This document shows, piece by piece, positions 11,558 through 23,453 of a stretch of 64,000 nt of DNA. Position 1 is the first letter of the stretch; every line of letters starts with the position of its first letter. This DNA is from Macrostomum lignano (lineage: Eukaryota): contig NIVC01001827.1 of NCBI GenBank assembly GCA_002269645.1, positions 62,001 through 126,000 on the forward strand, read 5' to 3'. The notes under the pieces were generated by a model. It was not told where the DNA came from. It saw only the letters and a list, made by a program, of their open reading frames with translations, and made no database searches. A program made the position numbers and the translations under genes.

Positions 11558-12110
11558 CTAGAACAGGCGGATATCCGTATCACCCGAAGTGGCCGAGACG
11601 CCGCAGGCGCTGCACACAGCGTTGCCATGACTACCGCCAGTTGACGAAGAGAAATGGCTGAGCAGCTGCTGGTGGCCCAGTCTGGTGGCGCTGTGCAGGT
11701 AGCGCTCTTTGCGCAGCTCTGCGCGCAGGTCGGCCAGCGAATCTTCCAGCTGGCGCAGCTGGTCGGCCTGCTCGGCGCGGATTTGCTCTTCGCGCAGTGC
11801 AAAATCCCGCGCCAATTCGTCGCGCAGATTGGATTCGCGCTGGCGAAATCGCGCCAACTTAGCGCCGGCCTGTTGCAGACGTTGGTTAGCGTCGCGTACT
11901 TCTTCGCGCGCCCGATCGCGCTCTTCTATGGCTAGCGCCAGGTCGGCGCGTAATTCGGCGCAACGACGCTCGGCATCGTCGGTGCGCGCCTGCAGACCCT
12001 GCGCCAGGATGCGGTAGCGCTCGCACGCCTTGGCGGACTCGCCGGCGGCGCCGGATTTCGCCTCCAACTGGCGGCTCTGAGAGCGGCACTTCGTGTCCAG
12101 GCAGCTAAGC
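11558..12110 (-). CDS. Coiled-coil protein, exon 3 (terminal)
   Basis: Acceptor CCTATTTCCCAG|G at 12111/12110, phase 2. Heptad-rich E/R/A/L/Q sequence ending DIRLF*. Confidence 0.85.
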
Positions 12111-12604
12111 CTGGGAAATAGGAATATTGTCTGACACAGGTAGCTAAGGTGCAGAGGGAAACAGGGCAATACTGTCTGACACAGGTAGCTAAGGTGCAGA
12201 GGGAAACAGGGCAATATTGTCTGACACAGGTAGCTAAGGTGCAGAGGGAAACAGGGCAATATTGTCTGACACCGGTAGCTAAGGTGCAGAGGGAAACAGG
12301 GCAATATTGTCTGACACAGGTAGCTAAGGTGCAGAGGGAAACAGGGCAATATTGTCTGACACAGGTAGCTAAGGTGCAGAGGGAAACAGGGCAATATTGT
12401 CTGACACAGGTAGCTAAGGTGCAGAGGGAAACAGGGCAATATTGTCTGACACAGGTAGCTAAGGTGCAGAGGGAAACAGGGCAATATTGTCTGACACAGG
12501 TAGCTAAGGTGCAGAGGGAAAAAGGGCAATATTGTCTGACACAGGTAGCTAAGGTGCAGAGGGAAAAAGGGCAATATTGTCTGACACAGGTAGCTAAGGT
12601 GCAG
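12098..12604. repeat. 45-bp minisatellite filling intron 2 of the coiled-coil gene (about 10.5 units)
   Basis: Period 45 (ACAGGTAGCT at 12181 and 12226). A degenerate first unit overlaps the acceptor and the exon start. Confidence 0.97.
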
Positions 12605-12648
12605 GGGGTTGCCCTAATTTGCAATTGCATATACTGAATTGGACTCAC

Positions 12649-12954
12649 CGCTCAGCCTGGAACCTGACAGCCGCTTTCAACACGTGATTCTCCTTCTTCA
12701 ACTTGGCCAGCTCACCGCGGAACAGCCGCAACTCCTCGGCGGTCCACAAGCAATCGGAGTCGCCTTCATCTTTGTCGCGACTTGACAAATGCTGCCGATC
12801 GCGACGCGACTGCCGGCTGCGCGCGCCGACGTCGTCCGCTTCGGTAGACGAGTGCGGCGATGACCGTCTGGTAGAAGCAGCAGCAGCCGCCGCCGCCGCC
12901 GCCACTGCGGCTGCCGCAGCAGCTTCATCGCGTTGCATTCGCTCCCAGACACGC
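12649..12954 (-). CDS. Coiled-coil protein, exon 2
   Basis: Acceptor CCTGTCCGTCTCAG|G and donor CG|GTGAGT; 306 bp, phase 2-2; RVWERMQRDEAAAA...ELAKLKKENHVLKAAVRFQAER. Confidence 0.85.
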
Positions 12955-13276
12955 CTGAGACGGACAGGTTAAGATAAGATATTATAGGCATATACTGGTA
13001 TAGAACAGAGCCAACCCACAAGGTATAGGCCATAGAGTGTTATTTGTTAAACAGGGGACGAGAAATTAGGCGAAAAATTTCCCAGTCAAAACAGGAAAAA
13101 CTTTATCAGACTGAAGAGGGAATTCAGAGATGCCAATGTTTAAGAGCATATGACGCAGGTTAGGAGTTTTTTGGGAAAGCTTTATATTTACTTAATTCGC
13201 TGCCTCCCCAACAAGGGGCTTAAGGTAGCTAGCCTCGTTCACTAAAATCTTGTTGCTAAAACTCAGCCAGTAATAC

Positions 13277-13695
13277 CTGTAAGCGTTGCCATGCCGACCA
13301 GGTGGAGTCATGGGATCAACTCGGAGCGATTGAGCATCAGAGTGGGCTTCAATTTCGGCCATCTGAAGAGGGTCCGAATCCAGCCCAAATCTGGCTGGGA
13401 AAAGTGTCTCCCACCAGTCACGCTGCTGCTGCTGTTCCTCATGATTTTCATCTTCTAGAAATAGATCTTGGTCAGGCAGTTCTGACTTGTTGGCCTCCTC
13501 AATGCCTAGGTCAATTGGATCATAAGGCATGTCAAGTTGCTGTGCCTGATGGCGCTCACTGCTAGAGCGCTTTGCAGCTGACTGAGACTGCTGCTTATGT
13601 GACTTGCTTTGCCTTTTGTTATCATTGCTAGTGCCTGTCATTGTCCCCGACTCAGGCACTGGTGCAGAGCGCATTGCAGATTTGAAGCAGTCCAT
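13277..13695 (-). CDS. Coiled-coil protein, first coding exon (joined protein about 425 aa; faint recalled resemblance to CCDC160, unverified)
   Basis: ATG (MDCFK) follows acceptor TTTTCTTAG at about 13712. Donor AG|GTATTA at 13277. The three exons join in one frame (1278 nt). Confidence 0.75.
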
Positions 13696-14012
13696 AGAGA
13701 GGCAAAATATACTAAGAAAAGCAGGAAAAATAATCACTAATTAGTTAAGTTAGTATCTAATGCATAAAATTTCAATAGATCATTTGAAGAAAATTCAATA
13801 TTGATATTAGATGACTTAAAATGGATATAATAAAGCCACTATCCTTTGGCTTTATGTATATAATCATTTTAGTTTAGATTCAATAAAAATAAACCTTGCC
13901 CTTGGGCTTTAGCCCAGAATAGAGTAAGAATTTATAGCTTGTATATAAAAAAGCCTAATCTTGCTAAGGAGCTTTTGTTGAAAAAATACTTGTGATTTTG
14001 TAACTAGGGTTA

Positions 14013-14015
<3 letters not shown>

Positions 14016-14057
<42 letters not shown>
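14016..14057. repeat. (TAA)n microsatellite
   Basis: Direct reading. Confidence 0.95.
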
Positions 14058-14058
<1 letters not shown>

Positions 14059-14873
14059 TATGATGTCCCAAACTGACCACACCACACAAGTGGCCAAAAA
14101 GGGGGGTATCAAATTGCACACTTTTTAGGGCAAGGTCTCTAATATGCTTCACACTAGTTGCCTAGTTAAGTGCTCATTCATTATCAAAAATATGGTCAAT
14201 GTAGCAAGCCACTTGTCCTTGGCCACGCCTGCGTGGTCACTGTGAAGTCTATAGCAAGATGTCCTACAGTGGCTCTAGGCAATAGGCTTTGGCCTAGATG
14301 GCATGCCTAGCAAGCTATATATATGGCTTACTTAGCAGGACAAAAGGCCACATCAGGTGTACTTGCTAGTATAGGGAGTCAGTTGTCTTACTGCTAGGGC
14401 TGTGGCAGATGCCAAACATGATACAAACCAGTGGATGTGAATCCACATCCACATGTGCTGCGTTAAGCTATCTTTTGAGTACTTTAAATCTAATTTTATC
14501 CAATATTATTAGGGTTAAAATTTTGGTTGTAAAATATTAAGCATAATAGAAAACTGTGTTGAGCTTCCTTGAGAGCACCTTGGTCTAATCTTATTCTTAG
14601 GGCCTATCCAATATTAGGGTTAAAATGTTGGCTATATATTATAAAATATTAAATATAATAGAAAATTGCAACTAGCTACGCCTACCCCTAAGATAGAAGT
14701 AGCTCATATCATATAGATGCAACTTGCAGTATTAGAAAGCCTATAGCTAAATTTTAAGGATAATAAACAAATAACAGCTAGTTAAGACTTAAAAAATCAA
14801 GTTTCTTTATTATAATTACAACTTAGAAAAACAATAACAAAATTTATATGGATATTGCCCTCAGTAGGCCTAC

Positions 14874-17800
14874 ACGTCTATACTCCCAGTACCAGAACCA
14901 GTACCAGAACCAGTACCAAAAAATAAAATACAAAATACAAGTAAAAAAACGAAAAATAACCTACAAAAATGTCTAAAATAGTAAAAAATCAACTCTAGCA
15001 ATTATTATAACCGTTAACACAGCGTTCAACATATTTCGTTTCAGCGAATTACATTACAGCATAACTTAATGCCTATTAAAATACTTATTTAAAAACTAAA
15101 AGTAAAACACCGAAATTTAACATTCTAGCTGAAAAACCTTAAAACAAATATATATAAAACTAAAAAAACCTATCAACAATTGTTGGTGATGCCATAGATA
15201 CAATATAAATATACCAAAAAACTGTACATGTAATATGTTCAATTCCTGTAATTTTTCACCAAAATTACTTTAGTGTACTTCGGCAGGAACCATTGTGAGT
15301 ACGAAGCTAAAACTGAGATCTGGAAGGAAACATTATCAATCTAGAAGCCTACAAGACGCCAAGGCTCCATCTGTTCCCTACTCGAACTTACAGACTCCCA
15401 AGTCCCCCCTGCTCAGTACATTAATATGCAGAAAGTACTTTAGTGTACTTCGACAGGAACCATTGTGAGTACGAAGCTAAAACTGAGATCTGGAAGGAAA
15501 CATTATCAATCTAGAAGCCTACAAGACGCCAAGGCTCCATCTGTTCCCTACTCGAACTTACAGACTCCCAAGTCCCCCTGCTCAGTACATTAATATGCAG
15601 AAAGTACTTTAGTGTACTTCGACAGGAACCATTGTGAGTACGAAGCTGAAAACTGAGATCTGGAAGGAAACATTATCAATCTAGAAGCCTACAAGACGCC
15701 AAGGCTCCATCTGTTCCCTACTCGAACTTACAGACTCCCAAGTCCCCCCTGCTCAGTACATTAATATGCAGAAAGTACTTTAGTGTACTTCGACAGGAAC
15801 CATTGTGAGTACGAAGCTGAAAACTGAGATCTGGAAGGAAACATTATCAATCTAGAAGCCTACAAGACGCCAAGGCTCCATCTGTTCCCTACTCGAACTT
15901 ACAGACTCCCAAGTCCCCCCTGCTCAGTACACTCAGCTGCAGAAAGTACTTTAGTCTGTAAGTTCGAGTAGGGAACAGATGGAGCCTTGGCGTCTTGTAG
16001 GCTTCTAGATTGATAATGTTTCCTTCCAGATCTCAGTTTTCAGCTTCGTACTCACAATGGTTCCTGCCGAAGTACACTAAAGTACTTTCTGCATATTAAT
16101 GTACTGAGCAGGGGGACTTGGGAGTCTGTAAGTTCGAGTAGGGAACAGATGGAGCCTTGGCGTCTTGTAGGCTTCTAGATTGATAATGTTTCCTTCCAGA
16201 TCTCAGTTTTCAGCTTCGTACTCACAATGGTTCCTGCCGAAGTACACTAAAGTACTTTCTGCATATTAATGTACTGAGCAGGGGGGACTTGGGAGTCTGT
16301 AAGTTCGAGTAGGGAACAGATGGAGCCTTGGCGTCTTGTAGGCTTCTAGATTGATAATGTTTCCTTCCAGATCTCAGTTTTCAGCTTCGTACTCACAATG
16401 GTTCCTGCCGAAGTACACTAAAGTACTTTCTGCAGCTGAGTGTACTGAGCAGGGGGGACTTGGGAGTCTGTAAGTTCGAGTAGGGAACAGATGGAGCCTT
16501 GGCGTCTTGTAGGCTTCTAGATTGATAATGTTTCCTTCCAGATCTCAGTTTTCAGCTTCGTACTCACAATGGTTCTTGTCGAAGTACACTAAAGTACTTT
16601 CTGCAGCTGAGTGTACTGAGCAGGGGGGACTTGGGAGTCTGTAAGTTCGAGTAGGGAACAGATGGAGCCTTGGCGTCTTGTAGGCTTCTAGATTGATAAT
16701 GTTTCCTTCCAGATCTCAGTTTTCAGCTTCGTACTCACAATGGTTCCTGCCGAAGTACACTAAAGTACTTTCTGCAGCTGAGTGTACTGAGCAGGGGGGA
16801 CTTGGGAGTCTGTAAGTTCGAGTAGGGAACAGATGGAGCCTTGGCGTCTTGTAGGCTTCTAGATTGATAATGTTTCCTTCCAGATCTCAGTTTTCAGCTT
16901 CGTACTCACAATGGTTCTTGTCGAAGTACACTAAAGTACTTTCTGCATATTAATGTACTGAGCAGGGGGGACTTGGGAGTCTGTAAGTTCGAGTAGGGAA
17001 CAGATGGAGCCTTGGCGTCTTGTAGGCTTCTAGATTGATAATGTTTCCTTCCAGATCTCAGTTTTCAGCTTCGTACTCACAATGGTTCCTGCCGAAGTAC
17101 ACTAAAGTACTTTCTGAATATTAATGTACTGAGCAGGGGGGACTTGGGAGTCTGTAAGTTCGAGTAGGGAACAGATGGAGCCTTGGCGTCTTGTAGGCTT
17201 CTAGATTGATAATGTTTCCTTCCAGATCTCAGTTTTCAGCTTCGTACTCACAATGGTTCTTGTCGAAGTACACTAAAGTACTTTCTGCATATTAATGTAC
17301 TGAGCAGGGGGACTTGGGAGTCTGTAAGTTCGAGTAGGGAACAGATGGAGCCTTGGCGTCTTGTAGGCTTCTAGATTGATAATGTTTCCTTCCAGATCTC
17401 AGTTTTCAGCTTCGTACTCACAATGGTTCCTGCCGAAGTACACTAAAGTACTTTCTGCAGCTGAGTGTACTGAGCAGGGGGGACTTGGGAGTCTGTAAGT
17501 TCGAGTAGGGAACAGATGGAGCCTTGGCGTCTTGTAGGCTTCTAGATTGATAATGTTTCCTTCCAGATCTCAGTTTTCAGCTTCGTACTCACAATGGTTC
17601 CTGCCGAAGTACACTAAAGTAATTTTGGTGAAAAATTACAGGAATTGAACATATTACATGTACAGTTTTTTGGTATATTTATATTGTATCTATGGCATCA
17701 CCAATTGTTGATAGGTTTTTTTAGTTTTATATATATTTGTTTTAAGGTTTTTCAGCTAGAATGTTAAATTTCGGTGTTTTACTTTTAGTTTTTAAATAAG

Positions 17801-18010
17801 TATTTTAATAGGCATTAAGTTATGCTGTAATGTAATTCGCTGAAACGAAATATGTTGAACGCTGTGTTAACGGTTATAATAATTGCTAGAGTTGATTTTT
17901 TACTATTTTAGACATTTTTGTAGGTTATTTTTCGTTTTTTTACTTGTATTTTGTATTTTATTTTTTGGTACTGGTTCTGGTACTGGTTCTGGTACTGGGA
18001 GTATAGACGT
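14874..18010. mobile_element. Foldback-type element: about 390-bp AT-rich terminal inverted repeats continuing into oppositely oriented 170-bp satellite arrays; 8-bp TSD
   Basis: Ends ACGTCTATACTCCCAGTACC / GGTACTGGGAGTATAGACGT; AGGCCTAC at 14866-14873 and 18011-18018. Four units forward (15271, 15441, 15610, 15781), about 10 units reverse; inversion point about 15953-15955. No ORF. Confidence 0.85.
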
Positions 18011-19120
18011 AGGCCTACTATAGTATTTATAGATCATATCATACATACATGAACATAGGCCTATACTATGCTAATGCGACATGCCAATATACTATATCAC
18101 CTAGCACATCGACATTGTCATTAGTTTGTTTTAGTAATAATATGTATTATCCCAAAAATGTCCAACTAATCCAAAACTGTGCAAAACTGTCTATGCCTGC
18201 TTTCTAGCAACTGCACATGCTGATAGTCAACAACATTCATAAGTTTTGATTCCCGCAGTTCTTTTTTTGATGGTGATTCAGTTCATGATTTGTCTAAAAC
18301 TGAATCCTGATCTCAATCAATCTTACTATAGGTGCAATATATAGTCAGGCTCAGTGAGAATCAAAATTAATTAAGGAAGCAGACAGGGTCTATGCCTACA
18401 TGTTTTTATTTACTTTTTGCACTCTTGCTGCAATTTTAGAAGAATAAAACGTTATTGAAATACAAATACTTACTTTTATCAGTACGTTTTATTTTTAACT
18501 TTGCTTAAACAAGCGACAAAAACAATTTGAAAAAAACACCGGCAAGATTTAATGACTAATTGGAGGAGGCAGGCAAAGGCCCTACCCTAGCCCTAGGCCC
18601 TACCCTATTCATTCCCATTTAATAATTTCAACTTGATTGTTTTTAGGCCTAAGCCTAGCACATATCCCTCCCACTAGTTAAGGGGACAAAAAGTTATACT
18701 TTACAAATTGGATCTAGTTCTAACTTCTAGAATTAGAACAAGCAATATGAAAAGGCCCAAACTGTGTGATAATGGCTCTAGAGTCTAAACCCCAAGATTT
18801 ACTTAATCTAAAAAAGCTAGGCTAGCCTAGCTTCTTATGCAAGTCTCAGGCCTATTATTATGATTTTTCATGACTACACATTGTAGTTCATGACTAGGCC
18901 TACACATTGTAGGGGGGGGGGGCTACACATTAAAAAAAGGCTAGGATATACTTTATCCTATATTATAAATAAATCAGTGGATTTTTTTGCCAAGAATGTA
19001 ACTTGTAAGCCCCCTATAATTATCTCATTGAAATTTTGGATTTAAATGTAGTAATAATAATATTAAATATTATATTAGCACCAATTTGAATTTACTAGGG
19101 GCCTAACTAAAGCTCTCTCA

Positions 19121-19365
19121 GGGGTGCATGACTAAGACTGCCACACACCAAGACCATCACAGCTATTACTGGCTACTAGTATTGAGGGGGAGCTACCAAT
19201 CTTCTAGCATTGCTATTCCTCTCATAGGTTCTTTTCTCGCTACTGGCTCTCCTACCCACTCATCTCCTCTTTAGCACCATCTAATAACATATAAATTCAA
19301 ATTTCTCCCTTAGCTCCCCAAGTGTGGCAGTCTTGGTGTGTGGCGGTCTTGGTCCTATACCCCCC
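19121..19365. mobile_element. Possible degenerate MITE with about 35-bp imperfect TIRs
   Basis: GGGGTGCATGACTAAGACTGCCACACACCAAGAC versus GTCTTGGTGTGTGGCGGTCTTGGTCCTATACCCC; TCA lies near both ends. Confidence 0.45.
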
Positions 19366-20554
19366 TCACGGACAAGGCCAACGCCAAAGAAAAAAAATTA
19401 ATGAAGATTTGTAGGCATGCACATTTAATTTTTTTAATGCAAAATATAATTATTTTTAGGTGGTCTTAACTTTTTATTCTAGGATAGAATTAATCCCAAA
19501 AACAAATAATACATGGTGTCATGGCAAAAGTAAGGACCAAAGGAAAAATACTTTGCTCACATTTAAGATCACCAAATAAAATTTATTTTTTTGGTATACT
19601 TTTGTCTTTAAATTAAAGACATTAAAGAAATTAATGACAAAGACAACGTTTAATTTTTAAACTAAAATTTTGCTAAAATTGATTGCATACCTACCTAGAT
19701 AGATAGATAGGCCCCCTAGATAAATAGATAGATACTGACAGACCATTTTTAGTATATGGATTCAAATTAAAATATAAAATTAAATTCATGTATTTTAAGC
19801 TAAATTAAACTTGTAGGAAATATGATTATTTTAAGTTATTTGTATAATAGGCCTAGTGCCCTAGGCCTAGTATTTGTTCGTTTTAAATTTCAAATATATA
19901 GGCCTAATACTATTTTTAGATCAGATGAATAAGTATATTTTAAAGAAGTAATTGTAATATAACAATTGATTTAAATTTAAGCTAGCTAAACTAATTGTTT
20001 TTATTGTAAAAAATAATATTTGCCTATAGGCTAGGCCTATAGCTTTTTATTATAAATTAAAATAGCTATTTTGATTAATAAGGATCTAAAGGTATTGTGT
20101 TTGAAAACTAAAAGAAATTTCTATATAGTTTTAGTATTACACTCACAATATATAAGTCAAGCATGTCTAAAAAGTTAATTTTTTTTGTTATGTGTGATTT
20201 TAAAGACCTTATAATGTCTTCTTAATGCATTTAGTATGATTGGTTTAGGTCATACATGTGCAACTTCTAAAATTACACTTGCTATGAGACTTAGTTTTGA
20301 CTTAAAATACAATTTAATTTTGCAACTTACCCAAAAAGAAGAAAAATCTTTAGTTTGTTGTCAATTTTGCAATATACCTTTGGTTTGCAACATTTGATCC
20401 TAGCCAGATATCAATTGGATTGGCTAGCTATTGCAAATATATAGTTTAGTTTTATTTAATTTAGATAGCTATGGAAAATACACATTATTGTATGCATATA
20501 CATATACCTTAGTAATCTGTGCCCCTTGTTCAAAATTTTCTTTATCCATACCTG

Positions 20555-20770
20555 CCTTGAGAAAGACACTTAACTCTGCATTGCTTCAGTTCACCTAGCT
20601 GTAAAATGGGTGCCAGCATTAGATGGGGTAATTGAGTGTGCATGGTGACCACCTAGTCGTTGGACTGAACAGCCATGCACAGCCTTCAGATGTGCTGCAC
20701 AATAGCTGCGGCTGAGCTGTCAGTTTCACATCTGCCCATTAAGGCAGGTGTAATCAATTATTATTATTAT
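20555..20770 (+). mobile_element. 5'-truncated SINE family B (CORE-like domain, TTA tail)
   Basis: CCTTGAGAAAGACACTTAAC...GCTGTAAAATGGG; collinear with 62243-62582. Confidence 0.85.
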
Positions 20771-20901
20771 AAGCAAAATTATATTGAATGCTAATTTCTG
20801 TTGCTTCGCATGGTTTTCAAGTTCAAACAATGGGCTCCCAGAGGGGAATATACTTACACTGTGCTGTAAATGTCTGTCTCCAATTCCTATTTATTGCTGA
20901 C

Positions 20902-22521
20902 ATGGAAGAGTTTAGTCCACCCGCTGCCGATGTGTCACAGGAGGAGGCATCAGCGCTGCCGCCGCAACACTCGCTCCAGTTTGTGTCGCAGTCGGAGCCG
21001 GTGGAGCCGGAACTAATCGAGGGACAGAAGTACCGCCTTGGCGACATGCTTTGGGCTAAGGTTGGCAGCCACCCGTACTGGCCCTGCATGATTTACTATG
21101 GCCCCCATTCTGGCAATACCATTTGCCGGCCTCACGGCAAAGCCAAGGTTGCCTATCACGTGCAATTCTTTGGCCCGCTAGTCGAACGAGCCTGGGTGCC
21201 TGACAATGTCAACCTGTTACCCTACGAGGGCAAGGACGGCTACGATGATTACGTGGCTGAGCAGACTCGCAAGGGCGGCAAATCGGCAGCCGCGCATTTC
21301 GACGTGAAGGCCAGAATTGCGCCAGCCTGGGAGGCCTCCTGGCGCGAGGCGGAACTGGCCTACGCTATGGACCGGGCGGAGCGCATGGCCAGGTTCGGCC
21401 GGGTCTATGTCGACAAGCCGGCCAAGCAGGTGCAGCGAACGCCGGCGCCTGCGGCTGGTAAGAAACGCGGCCGTCCGCGCAAATCCGTGTCGTCATCGAC
21501 TGACGAGGCTGGCAAACCTTCGGCTAGCGGCGTCTGCAGTCCGGCTGCGTCGGCTTCAACGACGGCTGAGGTGGCCGAGATGTCGCAGTTCAGCAGCGCC
21601 AGCCCGCCCAAGAAGCGAGTTAAACGGACCAAAATCACTCTGGCCTCGCCGCCTCCGCCTGGCAGCGCCGCCGATGGCGCCACTCAGCTAGAGTCCGTGT
21701 TTGATGATGTCATCGGCGGGGTAGGCGACGACGCTGACGAGGTCGAAGTCAAGAACGGCCACGCTCCGGCCGCAGCGAAGCGCCGCCGAGGCCGGCCATC
21801 CAAGTCAGCCGTTCAGCAGCAACAGCAGCAAAACGGCGCCACCGAGCAGGACAGCGACAGCGGCGAGAGCGGCGGCACGGAGAAGTCCAACGGTGATCCG
21901 ACGCCCGTGGCGGCGCCAGACGGCCGATTCGAGTTCCAGCGCCTGCTACACGCGCCGAGCAGCGTTAAACGGGCCCCCGTGTGCTCAAAATGCGAACTCG
22001 GCGGCGAAGTCATCCCGTGCGATTCCTGCTGTCTGCAGTTCCACGCTGTCTGTCTGGCCGACGGCGCCGCGGCCGCCGATGCTGCCGATGGCGAGGCTGG
22101 CGCTAAGAAATGCGCCGACTGTGCAGCCGGTCGCCAGCTCTGCTTTCTGTGCAAACAGGACGCCGGCGACAAGCGGATGCTTCGCTGCCACATCAACGGC
22201 TGCGGCAAGCAGTACCACGACGCCTGCGCCGGCTCCATGCCCTTCGCTAAGGTGGAGAGCCGCGGCCTTGTCTGCCCGCAGCACGCCTGTCTGGCCTGCT
22301 GCGTTGATGCACCGTCGTCAGCTCCGGGCTCCTCTGGCCGGGCCACCGGGGCCGCCAAGCTGGTCCGCTGCGTCCGCTGTCCGGCCGCTTATCACGGCGG
22401 CGATTTCTGCGTGCCAGCCGGCAGCGAGGAGCTGTCCGAGACTTGCATAGTCTGTCCGGAGCATCTGCGCGACAAAGCGGCTAAGACTATTAATGTGGCT
22501 TGGTGCTTCATCTGCTCACAG
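20902..22521 (+). CDS. NSD: NSD-family H3K36 methyltransferase, exon 1 (PWWP1, two AT-hook-like motifs, PHD1-3)
   Basis: GDMLWAKVGSHPYWPC (PWWP), KKRGRPRK, RRRGRPSK and PHD Cys/His patterns. Donor CAG|GTAGGC, phase 0. ATG choice at 20902 is the likeliest but not proven. Full join 20902-22521, 24415-24909, 26694-27068, 29408-29820, 31047-31365 = 3222 nt (1073 aa). Confidence 0.92.
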
Positions 22522-22651
22522 GTAGGCTGGAACTGGGATATATTCAACTGCTCTCCCTACTTTATAGTCCAGGTCAAGTGAGACGAGAATCTTCAAAAGG
22601 AGAGATATGGCTCATTAATTACTTAATAAGAATAATTTATCAAATTAGCTG

Positions 22652-23017
22652 TTTATTAGAGGCAGAGGGGTTGTGTGCACCCTGGCGCACTTTAAGCGAC
22701 TGTCACACAGCCGGCGAGAGGCATAGCTGCCAATTCCGCCGACTCCCCTGAGCAGGCATACAAGCGCGCGGATACGTACGCTGTCATACGCACAGGCACA
22801 CACTCACACAGGAGTGTACAGCGGCCCTAACTTTATTTATCGTTAGGCATACACACTTCACTGTGCCTTGGGGGTTGGCCCTCAAGACCGTTAGTTGCAC
22901 GAGCAGAGCCAAGCCGAGATTCCAATTTAGCAACATATTATGGTGACTGCACTTGGAATCGAGCCTGGGCCGTTGGCACATAAAAGCGCCGGGCTAGACT
23001 ACTGGGCTACGGCCGCC
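22652..23017 (-). mobile_element. SINE family A copy in NSD intron 1
   Basis: Reverse complement of 1200-1555; no clear TSD. Confidence 0.85.
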
Positions 23018-23453
23018 TTCAACGGATTATCTTACTTACCTTAATACCTTAATATTCAGGTCAAACTTAGGACATTATTTTCAGTCTTAAGAATAAGTGA
23101 TTGAACACATTGTGCTAGCTTCTAAAAAGCAGATATTAGCCGCTGATCTGCAAACTTTCTTGTTGACTCATTTCGCAGTTTCACGTATTTATAAGCGCAT
23201 ATTTGCGCTAATTACAAAGAAATTCTATTAAAAGCGTTCTCTTACTACTCGTTAGTTAGTAGGCGATTCTTTTTAAGTCGATTACTTTTGGCTGCCCCAG
23301 TTCCCCAACCGATTCTGTTGAATTACTAAAGAGTCATTGCAAACAACTCACTAGTGACTCAAACGACTGCAATGCGACGGAGAGGCGACTGTTGAGTCAC
23401 GAGGGCATCACGTGAGGTGCAGAATCGTAAAAAACCTGAGAAAAGGTCATTTA

